From Escherichia coli (GTDB lineage: Bacteria > Pseudomonadota > Gammaproteobacteria > Enterobacterales > Enterobacteriaceae), in NCBI RefSeq assembly GCF_011045215.1, contig NZ_CP049201.1: a DNA stretch of 64,000 bases; one strand, written 5' to 3'. The position numbers and the translations under genes were made by a program. A model generated the notes under the pieces. The model did no database searches and had not been told where the DNA came from. It saw nothing but the letters and a program-made list of their open reading frames with translations. Below, piece by piece: positions 51,292 through 61,933 of the stretch (positions are counted from its first letter, which is position 1; each line of letters begins with the position of its first letter).

Positions 51292-51598
51292 AAGGTCTGT
51301 GCATCGGAATATGAACATATTTTAGTAATATTTTAATAAATCGTAAAGCCTCTATATTCAGAACCACGAAATAGAGGTGTTTTAAACTGCAACTGTTATC
51401 TCAATTTTTATCGAGGCGCCATTAAAACAAATACCCCGTTCTGCTGTTTTCTGATTATGCCATGAGATTAAAAACACTAATTTTTGATTGAATTGTATAT
51501 ATACATTGTAATACAAGATTTAAATACATATTTCTTCTTTTTTATCTGTAATCTATTATTATCAATAATCACATGAACAATATCAGAGGCAACACATT

Positions 51599-52372
51599 AT
51601 GAATAAAGCTGAAGTTCTGGAAAAAGGTTATTGGATTGAAATCAGTATTGATGCATATGCACAAAAAGTTAAGGGTATATCACGAGATGACTACCCACCA
51701 TTACGTTGTATCTCATGCGAGAAACCTGTCCATGATAGCGGATTAGTCACTCCCAATCCTGATTATAGCCCCAGATTCTCTCATTCCGCTTCACCAGAAA
51801 ATAAAGAGTTCTGTCCCCTAAGCGCAAGATCTCAACGTTTTTCTGGTTTTTCAGGTAATGAACGCTCTGCTTCAGCAGAAATTGCAGTATCTCGCCGAAA
51901 TCAATTCATGCAATTTGATAACCTCTATCGGGCCTGGGTTGTTTGTAGAGCATTAAGGGGAGGTGAAGGGAAGCTTGATCAAAAATCATTCATTCGGATG
52001 GTCAGGATCGCGGATAGTTTTGGGATCTGGCATTATAGCTATATGCCTGACTGGGGAATCCCTCTTATGCTAATGTTAATGGATAACCACCCGACACCAA
52101 ATGGTAAATCAACTTTTTTCTATTCATTAAAAAAAGAACGTGTTCGAAAAGGTGTAAAATGGCAAGATCTAAATGTCAGACTTGAAGCACATTGGGTAAA
52201 TGGTGGTAACCGCATAGTTCCAAATAAAGATAAAAAAGCTTCATTCTTGCTCACCATTCCATTTGCTAAGTCTGTTATTGATGAAATACTGAGTAAAGAA
52301 AATCTGTCATGGTGCTCAAAAAACTCTCTACCAATATTGCATTCTTTTAGCATTAGAGCTTTAACCACTTAA
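51599..52372 (+). CDS. Hypothetical protein (257 aa), AT-rich
   Basis: ORF co-oriented with 50896..51291; no motif recognised. Confidence 0.5.
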   Translation: MNKAEVLEKGYWIEISIDAYAQKVKGISRDDYPPLRCISCEKPVHDSGLVTPNPDYSPRFSHSASPENKEFCPLSARSQRFSGFSGNERSASAEIAVSRRNQFMQFDNLYRAWVVCRALRGGEGKLDQKSFIRMVRIADSFGIWHYSYMPDWGIPLMLMLMDNHPTPNGKSTFFYSLKKERVRKGVKWQDLNVRLEAHWVNGGNRIVPNKDKKASFLLTIPFAKSVIDEILSKENLSWCSKNSLPILHSFSIRALTT

Positions 52373-52662
52373 TTGAGGAAGTAATGATACAAGCTACAGT
52401 ATTGGTGACGAATCTATAGACAAGGAGATAAAAACCAAATATCAGAATTATTTTTGATAGTGCTGGTAAAGAAGCGGTGTTTGATATCAGCATGTTTATC
52501 GGAAAAAAGCTTACCTGGAGCTTTGAAAAATTGCAAAGCAGGGCCTGACAATGAAGGCCCTAATACTGTACTAAATGTTAACTCAGTACCAAATCACAAG
52601 GAAAAGTATTTTTTCTGGTAAGATTCTATATACATAATAAATCACCTTATAGTTACAATAGG

Positions 52663-53166
52663 TCAAAAACCGCTGTAGCCAAAGTTACGCTGGCCTGATG
52701 CTTTAGTGTCGAGCTTCGTCAAATAATCCAGACGTACCAATAAGCGCTGGTACTGCTCAGGGAAATCAGGATCGTTAATATCCAGGATGTAACGCCCATT
52801 AGTAGGGAAATGAACTAATCCCTGGTGATCTTCCAGTTCCAACCCTAAGGCACTGTACCAGGCTCCGGTAATTAACCCTCTCAGGGTGTCAGAGCGCTCA
52901 TAGTCTCCCAGGTGGTAATAGGCGTCTTTGTTAAACAACAGGCAGACGTGATAATGACATTTAAAGGACTGCGTATATTCTTTCGCCCAGATAATACAAA
53001 CCGACGTTGCGTAGGTGCGTTTGCCTTGTTGTTTTTTACGGTGTTGATCTGCATTAATTTTCGCATTCAGCGAGTTACGGAAACGAGATATTTCTCCGGG
53101 GGTCAGGTTAGGAAAACAGGTAATGGTATCCCCGTTGTCAATCACAGGAGGGTAATGGAGATCCAC
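52663..53166 (-). CDS. YagK/YfjJ-family (inovirus Gp2-type) protein, short form
   Basis: CHYHVCLLFNKDAYYHLG resembles the conserved HYH-x-LF-x-x-DAY motif region of YfjJ-like proteins. Confidence 0.6.
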   Translation of the reverse strand: MDLHYPPVIDNGDTITCFPNLTPGEISRFRNSLNAKINADQHRKKQQGKRTYATSVCIIWAKEYTQSFKCHYHVCLLFNKDAYYHLGDYERSDTLRGLITGAWYSALGLELEDHQGLVHFPTNGRYILDINDPDFPEQYQRLLVRLDYLTKLDTKASGQRNFGYSGF

Positions 53167-53280
53167 CCGTATTGCTGTTATTCTGGAAGTATTTTTAATA
53201 TTCGTATTGATAGTTCTCAGAGATATATCACACTCTAGATATTTTAATTAAGTATCAGTTCGATATCGGCATATTGTACA

Positions 53281-53644
53281 CTACCTCTGGTAGATGATGA
53301 GATCAGATACAGGGATCAACTGACGGTGAGCGCAGTCCCCACATTTTATCCAGGGCTTACTGCATATTCCCAACAGCCATTCGTTAGCCAGGTAGACGAA
53401 TACCCTTTCCGCTGGTTTTGCTTTCCCATCGAAGGGCCCATACATCATCACGCCCGCGAAACAGTCGACAAAATAACGCAACTTTCTCATCCGTGGATAA
53501 TACGAAAACGCACTGCACAGGGCTCTGCGGTTTACGTCGCCATTCAATCCCATGAGCTTCAAGTAATGAGACCAGCCGGGTATTTTCTGCCCGCAGTACT
53601 GCTAGTTCATCGCTGTCAGATTTATAAACCATATGCGTTATCAC
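53281..53644 (-). pseudogene. Frameshifted 5' remnant of a larger gene
   Basis: Two overlapping minus-strand ORFs in different frames (53384..53644 and 53281..53562) that read like consecutive parts of one N-terminus; no continuation downstream. Confidence 0.4.
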
Positions 53645-53738
53645 TTGTACCTGTCTCCCGGCGGCACCACGACTGAAATTCGTGTGAAGGCAAATCCACG
53701 CGATAACTTACGATAGTTCGGACATAAGCCCCCATAAT

Positions 53739-54302
53739 TCAGTTATGTCGTGGTCGGCCGCGGTTACTTTTTTCGGGAAGCCTGCTACGCCCCAGAATAA
53801 TACCGTGTTCTTTCTGATCCTGTTTCGCCAGATAGCTAAGGGCGTAACGTAAGTCGTCTACCGCAGATTTATCACTATAGTGAATTACATGATCGATACG
53901 CACCGGGTATTTATCTTTAGCCCGGCACAGGTGAAAATAACCCTCCCCTTCCGTGATCCGCCTCCAGATATCTCCCAGTTGCCTGGATATCTGATAAGAG
54001 TTCTTGTGACGTTGTCCATCCAGATAGCCGATAAAATGAATATGAAGCCCTTTGTCTGGTGTATATTCCATTACCCAGTAATATCCCGCCAACATCGTCT
54101 GGGTTTCGCTAAGTAAGCGGTACATTTCCATACACATACTGTGCTTACAGGAAAGACCAAAACTGGGCGTGTCTTTCCTGTAAGCAAAATCAATTCTGAA
54201 AGGTAACAGTTTAGAAAAACGTTGAAACAGACCTTCCATGTGTTCATTCACATCTTTCAGAATCGCGAAATTCATTTCGTAATTGGGATTGGCATTATAC
54301 AT
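53739..54302 (-). CDS. YagK/YfjJ-family (inovirus Gp2-type) protein
   Basis: LPFRIDFAYRKD ... GLHIHFIGYLDG pattern as in YfjJ-like island proteins. Confidence 0.6.
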   Translation of the reverse strand: MYNANPNYEMNFAILKDVNEHMEGLFQRFSKLLPFRIDFAYRKDTPSFGLSCKHSMCMEMYRLLSETQTMLAGYYWVMEYTPDKGLHIHFIGYLDGQRHKNSYQISRQLGDIWRRITEGEGYFHLCRAKDKYPVRIDHVIHYSDKSAVDDLRYALSYLAKQDQKEHGIILGRSRLPEKSNRGRPRHN

Positions 54303-55240
54303 TTTATAGTCCTTACTTTATAAAACTGACAGGAAAGTGGAATTACATAAATACTGAGAGTACAGAAACGCCGTACCGCGGCATTAATAAAAGAGGTAAC
54401 CAGCAGCACAGACAACCTGATAAAACTGTTTCGTATTACCTCATTACAGTAATAGGGTAATGATTCAGAATACAGTAAGACTTTCTTAAACTGAGGACCA
54501 GAACGAATTACAATAAAAAACACACCTCATATAATTGAGTTTAAGAAAGCACCATTCAATTACTTACAGGATATAATCTGATCTTCACAAAAGTCAGTAC
54601 CGGGTAGCCACAGACAACATCGCTATTAATATTGCCGTACCATTAAGTAAAAACAGAGACTCTGCAGAGAGAGCCTACAGATATTTAACCTCACAATAAG
54701 AAGATTATTTCATACAGAAAATATTATATTTACCTATGCTTATAAACTGTAACGGAGCCATAACATACTCTAATAGTGTTCCGGTACGTAACCAGTGTTA
54801 AGTGCGTACAAGACAACATAACATAACAGATTTATGTTCCCAACATTACACCACATAATTCACCATACAGCTTCCCCCCATATGCTTCACTGCGTAGTGT
54901 ATGGAGATATATGTATTACACACATACAGAATACTTAGCATAGAGAGGAGTGACATTACGATAAAAGAGACAACATAACAGATCACATAACTCCCACTAA
55001 TAATACTAATTAACCTAAATTATTTATTGAACACGAAAACAATGAAGGCCCCACCTCACCTCAGACTAAAGCCGACAATATCCTGAGCAACACTCTATCC
55101 AATAGTAAATAGTGGTTACACCAGTTATATTTACTGACTGACCTGTACCAGAGTTTTCTAATACAACGCTGACATGGTAAAGACATTAGTCTCCTCCGCA
55201 AGTAGCAGAGGAGACTATATGTACTCAACGATTAAGTCGT

Positions 55241-56692
55241 TCAGAGGTCAAAGTTAGGTGCGACACACAACGTTTTTCCCTCAATAACCGGTACAACTCT
55301 GTTTTGTTCATACAGTAAATCCAGTAACCAGTTGATTTTATCCTTTTTCCGGAAACGGTTCGGGCCACGCTGTAAAATGTCATTTTTTTTCATACAGAGG
55401 ATCCCCTTCTCAATGCAATAGCTTTTTATCCAGTTGAAAAGTTCAAGCTCCTCTGGAATGAGTCGCACAGGTACGGTCAGGGCGGAGTTGTCAAAAGTTA
55501 ACGGATTAGACAACCGCACATACTCATTACCGTACCATATTGCTAATTCTCTCGCCATTTCTGCAGTGTAAGGGGAAATCTCCCCCTCTTCACCGCTCGA
55601 ATGGTAAATAAGTCCTGCCAGTCTTGCCATATACTCTGCATTTTTAGCAGCATATTCCCGGCAATGTCTTAAAGGCCCCAATCCCCCCAGCTTCGATTCC
55701 ACATCATTGTAATAATCCGTCCAGATTCTGGCAGCCTGAGGAGAAAAGTGAAGGCAACGTCGTTCACCACTCATCGCCAGACTTTCATCAATAAGCTCAT
55801 TGATCCTCTCTTCAAACAAATCCTGATACTGTGATGAATAATTATCTCCGGTTATTATCCTTGTCCCCTGCGTTGATGTTGGTTGACACATCAAAAACCT
55901 TGCATGATGTCCTGACGTTTTCACAAGTTCTTTTTTTCGCGTACAAAAACCTTTGTGGTAAACATCAGGCTGAATCATCACCGATATCGTCAGTCTTGGC
56001 TCCTTCAAATTAATTCCGGGAGATGATTTCCTGTCGATGAAAAGAGAACCTCCATCCCACAAAGTGTTAATAATTCCCAGTTTACTCATGGCCCGGCTGT
56101 CAAAAATTACCCCCCCTTCACTGGATACAAGAGCAAAAGAGCGATTGCTATCAGAGTAATATTTTAACATTCCCTCTATCGTTGTCTCATTAAAAATTGT
56201 TCGACGTATCTGCGGCGGAACAGGAGATTTATTCAGATGCGTTTCAAGCTCTGATTCTGTTGCCTTGTAATCTTTACCGGCACGAATCTCTTTATGAAAT
56301 TTTGATTCCAGCGCTTTTTGTTTTTGCTCCCATATTTCCTTTTCTGTACTGTAATTCTCAACCAGTTTCGCGTATTCTTCCGCCAGGGCTTCATCCCTGA
56401 GATAAAATGCTTTCATAAACACTTTATCCACGGTCGTTTTCCTTTCACCGGAATCAGCCAGAATCAGAGAGTAAAGATTAACAGGCCCATGTAAATTTCC
56501 AGGTCTGCACACGTCAATCTGATTCTGACAGGCAATTGAGATCGCTGTTAATGCGGATGTTGCCACCATAGCCAAAGGTGCCTGTGTATTTTTTTGAGTT
56601 TCAATTATTGCATTTCTCACCAGCGGTGGTAGTGCATATATCGGATAAGGATTTTCTGGTGCAAGTAAGCACATAAAAGCCTCTCTTTTCAT
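55241..56692 (-). CDS. DUF3987-family protein (YfjI-like), usual partner of AlpA in P4-type islands
   Basis: 483-aa ORF downstream of alpA; start codon uncertain. Confidence 0.65.
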   Translation of the reverse strand: MKREAFMCLLAPENPYPIYALPPLVRNAIIETQKNTQAPLAMVATSALTAISIACQNQIDVCRPGNLHGPVNLYSLILADSGERKTTVDKVFMKAFYLRDEALAEEYAKLVENYSTEKEIWEQKQKALESKFHKEIRAGKDYKATESELETHLNKSPVPPQIRRTIFNETTIEGMLKYYSDSNRSFALVSSEGGVIFDSRAMSKLGIINTLWDGGSLFIDRKSSPGINLKEPRLTISVMIQPDVYHKGFCTRKKELVKTSGHHARFLMCQPTSTQGTRIITGDNYSSQYQDLFEERINELIDESLAMSGERRCLHFSPQAARIWTDYYNDVESKLGGLGPLRHCREYAAKNAEYMARLAGLIYHSSGEEGEISPYTAEMARELAIWYGNEYVRLSNPLTFDNSALTVPVRLIPEELELFNWIKSYCIEKGILCMKKNDILQRGPNRFRKKDKINWLLDLLYEQNRVVPVIEGKTLCVAPNFDL

Positions 56693-56892
56693 TAATGGGT
56701 TAGTAAAATAGCAGCAACTCCCGCTACAATAGCGAAAATAGCTGCTATTCAGACCTGATGCTCTGAGAAATACTGAGCATTTGTAGATCTGATGTTTAAT
56801 AAACCGATAAGGTTAATTCAGTGCAGACTGTATTATTTACCACGAAATATCATTCATATTTCTCATTCTTAATACCTCCAGAAATTATTTCA

Positions 56893-57090
56893 CTAATACC
56901 TTTCCCCCGGTCTTTTCCCTTTCTCCAGAACCATAGTGTAAATATTAACGGCCCCACGTAAATTTCCGGGGCTGCATACGTCAACCTGATTCTGACAGGC
57001 AATTGACATCGCTGTTAATACTGACATTGCAACCAGAGTCAGAGGTACTTGTTTATTGTATTGAGCTTTAATTATTGCCTTCCCTATCAT
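56893..57090 (-). pseudogene. Duplicated 5' fragment of the DUF3987 gene
   Basis: 65-aa ORF ...LTLVAMSVLTAMSIACQNQVDVCSPGNLRGAVNIY... paralogous to residues ~35-80 of the 55241..56692 product. Confidence 0.6.
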
Positions 57091-57316
57091 TGATGGTCAC
57101 GTATATACTGAATACGGCATATCCGGTTTGATGTAAGACATAAATGCTTCCTTTTTCGTAATACGTTTCGGTTATAGCAGCAATTACCGCTACAATAGCG
57201 ACAATAGCTGCTCTTTCAACAATGAATGCTGGAAATTCTGTTTATCAATTAAACTTCTGGCTAAATTGTTCTTATGCTTCTTTTTCCTCCTGAGGTGATC
57301 ACGTGATGACAAAAAC

Positions 57317-57625
57317 TTATCTGCTCATGGTCATATCTGAAGAAAGCGTATGTCGCACTTCGTCATTAACACCTTTGACTGCTGATCTGGCAGGTACAGT
57401 ATGTAAAGTAAGCCATTCGTCAATAGCTGATGAACGCCAGCCCACAGAACCACTACCAAGACGTACCGGCCTGGGGAAGGTTGCATCGTAGTATTTCGAT
57501 AACGGATTCATTTTTTCGTAAATTGTCGAACGAGATATACCTAACAATTGGCTCAGTTCAGGCATCCGTAAGATGCGTGAAGGAGTCCAGCAGTATCCGG
57601 ATTGATCTGGCATTTTATCCCCCAT
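57317..57625 (-). CDS. alpA: AlpA-family phage-type transcriptional regulator (excisionase-like)
   Basis: LRMPELSQLLGISRSTIYEKMNPLSKYYDATFPRPVRLGSGSVGWRSSAIDEWL matches the AlpA HTH core; start uncertain (ORF extends to 57697). Confidence 0.75.
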   Translation of the reverse strand: MGDKMPDQSGYCWTPSRILRMPELSQLLGISRSTIYEKMNPLSKYYDATFPRPVRLGSGSVGWRSSAIDEWLTLHTVPARSAVKGVNDEVRHTLSSDMTMSR

Positions 57626-57836
57626 AGTGTGGTGAACTGTCGTTACAGTTTGTATTCCCCGGGTAAATTTGTCTGCGTAAAAAAATGGGCTGAGCAAAAA
57701 GACAATAAATAATTAAAAATCAATACGATAGAAAACAACAGCATTATTGTTATTTTACTTTCTCCTTATCACTGTCGATTCTCATTATCATTCATTGGTA
57801 AAAAAACAGCAAAAGAGGCCCTGGTAATGACTCCAG

Positions 57837-58229
57837 TCAGTAGTACAGTGTTTTCGATAAATGAACCAATGGCTTTTCGTGAATTTCCAGGGAGCGTGAA
57901 AAGCAAATCGTTTTCCGGGCTGGTCGTTTGATGTGAGTACGAAGTGTCAGATTGTTGCGCTCAATGCGCCGGGTAAATATCTTGCCGACAAGATGCTTAT
58001 CCTGTGGCATTTCTCTGGTATAACTGCTCCGGTTGTCTCTGGTTATCATGCCTGTGGAGAATGGCTTCAGGAGTTCCGGCAACTCACGACATGTTTCATC
58101 AGTGCGAGGACCAAAAGTGTAAGCCAGCACACCTCCAGATTTGGTGTTATACGCATACCAGTGCCACTGCTGACGAGCTTTGTTTTCGACAAAACTCCAT
58201 TGTTCATCAAGTTCGCAGATAAGCGCCAC
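57837..58229 (-). mobile_element. IS1-family transposase (InsB-like) remnant, diverged and truncated
   Basis: ICELDEQW...YAY...RIERNNLTLR resembles the IS1 InsB core; no intact InsA or terminal repeats identified. Confidence 0.45.
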
Positions 58230-58725
58230 ATCGGCACTGACGTCTGGAGATGTGGTTACTTTGCGTGGTGAGCGTTTTATAAAGTGAGAATGACGGTGTT
58301 GATATCCACCTTCAGCGTTCTGGAGCTATCGCGAACCCGACTCCGTTATGAACCATTTCAACAATTTGCTCTTTGATGCCTGGTTTTCGGGTTTCGTAGA
58401 TGTAATTCAGTTGAAATACACACATTTGCAGGATTAGCACTGGAAACGCTCATGATCTGAGGTGCTGTGATCATAATGGTACACTTTATAGGAATTACAG
58501 CGGGGAGAATGTACTGTAACTGTTGCCATATGGTCTCCAGATACCAATAGAATATCACATTAATCTATCGTCAGAAGGCATCACCGGGGCCTTCTGACAT
58601 AATCTGTTAATACGTGTACTATTACCCTGTTCAGAAAATATTGATTCAAAAATGAAAACCAGTTAACAGAAAAGCAAAATGATATAATGTTAAAATTTTA
58701 TATAGTGCAATAAAAGGAGAATGTT

Positions 58726-60543
58726 ATGTATAATTTTATCACTATAATGTATGATGTCTTTTCATGTTTTGGTGTTCTGGCTAAAAACCAGAATACCCGT
58801 GACATCCGAAATATTAAAAATTTTTCCTCACATCAACATTCACTGGGCGACATGTTTGATGAATTAATAAACATTATTGATAAAGAACAAGTATTGAGTA
58901 CAGAACAACGAAAAGTTATATTTAGGAGATATGAAGATCTCTATGTTAAGCTAATGCACTATTCTGTTTTTACAGACAAAACACATCAAATAATAAAACA
59001 AAAATATTTTAATGACATTGTACCAATGATTCTCGCACTCGACATCAGGAACACATATCGCCCGGATAATGAGATGGCATTTTACTATCATATTCATTCT
59101 TTTCTCACTCAGATACCGGATAATGAGGATGATATATATCATGCTGCAAGGACATATCTGCGAAATTACATTAAGTTATGTTTATCCGGATACACACCAG
59201 CGAATGCGCATTTCAAAGATATCTTTGATGGCGTATATGAATTCATTCGTAATATTCGCAAAAACAGTACACCAGGAAAAACAAAACTTACCGCAACTAT
59301 CAACACATGCAAAGAAACCTGTAAACATCTGCTTTATTTAAGTAATGAAGACAAGGAAAAAATAATTTCTGACTTAGATAAAATTCAAGTTGCATGTTAT
59401 TATCTCACCATATTACTGGCTTTCGAAAGACGAACTTCATTAACAAGCGCCCTGGCAACTTTATATAAAATGCTGATAAGCGAAAGAGAAGTTTCAGAAT
59501 ATGAATGCCAGTTATTATATTTAACCAACCCAATAGATGTAATGAATATACTGAACAAACACATATATTACTTTCCTAATGAGAACTCACCATTTTATAC
59601 ACTGAAAATTGACAGTGCATTATCGTGGGAGGCCATTGACGCAATACGAGACTATAGTATTTCTGATATTTATCTTTATCCTGAACAAAAAACAATAAAT
59701 TGTGTCGTTGAGATTGAAAACATTGTCTTTGGCGGTTACATTTATACATTGAACAACGGCGTCACATTACAAAACATAGAAAACACTTTAAAAGATTCTT
59801 CATGCCATTATGTCTTAAATGGCTATACAGAATTTGTTAACTGTTTGATACAACTTACTTCAGGAAAGACTGAAAGTGTTCATCGCACCATCAATAAACT
59901 GAACTATGAGAAATTACCTTTTGGATTTATCATTGCCGCGTTTGCTATACTAAAGATAGCATTTAAAATAAAATTCAGTAAAAATCATGTAAATATCCGA
60001 GCATTATTAAATGACATCAATTATTTTATGACTTATCAGGGCGAGTCCATTAACCTTATTTCACTGGATCACGAATACCCAGAGTCCTGTCTTCAAAATG
60101 ACACAAACACATATTTATTAGGAAGAGTAATATTTCTGTATAACTCAATGATTTATAAGTTCATAAACTGTCAGGAACATGAAACCAATAACATTCACTC
60201 AGCTATGATAAATAACCTATTACAGGAAGTTGATATAGCCCTTGGTAAAATAAATAACATTATAGACAGCAGAAATATATCAACCCCCCATGAACTAGCA
60301 AATATTCTTACCCGCGAAAAAATACTTACAACACGGGAAAAAAAAGGAAACCTGATAAGCCTGTTTGATGGATTCACTTTATTCCATTGTGTTGGAATGA
60401 TAACCTTTCTTATCCATTATCTCAGAACACCTGAAGAAAAAGTTGAAAATATATTTATGTTATATGGTGCAGATAAAAACAATAAACTACGCAGAAGACT
60501 GATTTATGACGCACTAGGAATAATTCAGTCTCAGCAGGAGTGA
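58726..60543 (+). CDS. Large hypothetical protein (605 aa), very AT-rich, no recognised domain
   Basis: Long uninterrupted ORF with Asn/Ile/Tyr/Lys-rich composition; convergent with the integrase gene. Confidence 0.6.
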   Translation: MYNFITIMYDVFSCFGVLAKNQNTRDIRNIKNFSSHQHSLGDMFDELINIIDKEQVLSTEQRKVIFRRYEDLYVKLMHYSVFTDKTHQIIKQKYFNDIVPMILALDIRNTYRPDNEMAFYYHIHSFLTQIPDNEDDIYHAARTYLRNYIKLCLSGYTPANAHFKDIFDGVYEFIRNIRKNSTPGKTKLTATINTCKETCKHLLYLSNEDKEKIISDLDKIQVACYYLTILLAFERRTSLTSALATLYKMLISEREVSEYECQLLYLTNPIDVMNILNKHIYYFPNENSPFYTLKIDSALSWEAIDAIRDYSISDIYLYPEQKTINCVVEIENIVFGGYIYTLNNGVTLQNIENTLKDSSCHYVLNGYTEFVNCLIQLTSGKTESVHRTINKLNYEKLPFGFIIAAFAILKIAFKIKFSKNHVNIRALLNDINYFMTYQGESINLISLDHEYPESCLQNDTNTYLLGRVIFLYNSMIYKFINCQEHETNNIHSAMINNLLQEVDIALGKINNIIDSRNISTPHELANILTREKILTTREKKGNLISLFDGFTLFHCVGMITFLIHYLRTPEEKVENIFMLYGADKNNKLRRRLIYDALGIIQSQQE

Positions 60544-60564
60544 AACGTTAAAACAGGCAAATTG

Positions 60565-60610
60565 TTTTTTATAAACAGGAGATTGTTGAGTAATCCCCTG
60601 TTTATAAAAA
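60565..60610. terminator. Bidirectional terminator between the 605-aa gene and int
   Basis: Perfect inverted repeat tttataaacagg ... cctgtttataaa with 17-nt spacer flanked by T/A runs. Confidence 0.6.
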
Positions 60611-60730
60611 TACGCTTTCCTGACGATCTGATAATTATCAGCTCAATACATTTGACATAAAAGCGGTTCCTTAATTACTACTGCCACGATCACATATCAA
60701 ATCATGATCGTACAATATACATTTTCACTA

Positions 60731-61933
60731 TTATTTATTCACAATTTGAGACATCACATAATCCGCCCATGCCTGCATCATCGGTACACGCTGCTCCAGT
60801 AGATCAGTGCGATGATATGCCGCCTCAACCTTATTTTTCAGCGTATGAGCGAGCGCCCTTTCCGCCAGATCCCGCGAATACCCCTGTTCACTACACCAGT
60901 CCCTGAATGTTGAGCGAAAACCATGTGCCGTGGCAACTCGCCCCGGAATGTCACTGACGGCTTTCTTTTTACGCAGAAAACTTGTCAACACCATATCGGA
61001 AAGGATCTGCTGCTTTCTGGGTGAAGGGAACACCAGTTCATCATGCAGGCCACGTATATTTTCCAGAATGTAAATAGCCTGCCGGGATAAAGGAACACGA
61101 TGCTGTAGCCTAGCTTTCATTCTTTCTGCAGGTATAGTCCATACCCGCTTATGAAAATCAATTTCAGCCCAGCGCATTCCCCTGGCTTCGCCCGAGCGAG
61201 TTGCTGTAAGTATCACCATTAATAACAGTGCGCGGGTAACATTATAAGGTTCATCACTATACACACTGGTCGCCACAAAAAGCGGTAACTGCCTCCAGGG
61301 CATTGCGGGTTGGTGTTCATCACGTCCTCTTGTCTGCTGAGGAAGCAAATGGTCAACCACATCAACAGGATTTGCCACACAAAAACCGTGCGCCCATCCC
61401 CACTGCATAACAACATGAATGCGCTGTTTAACCCGGCTTGCCGTTTCTGACAAGGTTAACCAGACTGGACGCAATGTTTCTGCCACGTCCGCAGCCGTAA
61501 TCGAATCCAGCGTTTTTGCTCCCAGTTGAGGAAACGCGTAATTCTCAAGCGTCGATAACCACTGCCTTACATGCTTTGGATTTTCCCATCCAGGAGACAG
61601 TTCTGCATGTACACGCCTGGCTGCATCGGCAAATGTTGGGATAACGACTTTCTCAGATTCAGCCTTTTTAATCTCCAGAGGATCATCACCTGCAGCAAGT
61701 TGCTCTCGCATTATCCGGGCAGTACGTGCAGCTTCAGCAATACTGACCTCTGGGTAAGTTCCCAATCCAGCATTACGTCTTTTTTGTGTCACCGGACTTA
61801 CATAACGAAAAACCCATTTCCCCCGCCCCTTTACTGAAGAAGGATGAAGGGTCAGTCCGGTAATTCCCCCATGGGGCAATGGTTTGTCATCAGGTTTGAT
61901 ATGTCTTGCTTTCGTATCCGTCAATACTGCCAT
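60731..61933 (-). CDS. P4-type tyrosine integrase
   Basis: 400-aa ORF with catalytic R...HxxR...Y core (ATAHGFRSTFRDW; C-terminal tyrosine region) adjacent to the tRNA-3'-end repeat. Confidence 0.9.
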   Translation of the reverse strand: MAVLTDTKARHIKPDDKPLPHGGITGLTLHPSSVKGRGKWVFRYVSPVTQKRRNAGLGTYPEVSIAEAARTARIMREQLAAGDDPLEIKKAESEKVVIPTFADAARRVHAELSPGWENPKHVRQWLSTLENYAFPQLGAKTLDSITAADVAETLRPVWLTLSETASRVKQRIHVVMQWGWAHGFCVANPVDVVDHLLPQQTRGRDEHQPAMPWRQLPLFVATSVYSDEPYNVTRALLLMVILTATRSGEARGMRWAEIDFHKRVWTIPAERMKARLQHRVPLSRQAIYILENIRGLHDELVFPSPRKQQILSDMVLTSFLRKKKAVSDIPGRVATAHGFRSTFRDWCSEQGYSRDLAERALAHTLKNKVEAAYHRTDLLEQRVPMMQAWADYVMSQIVNK

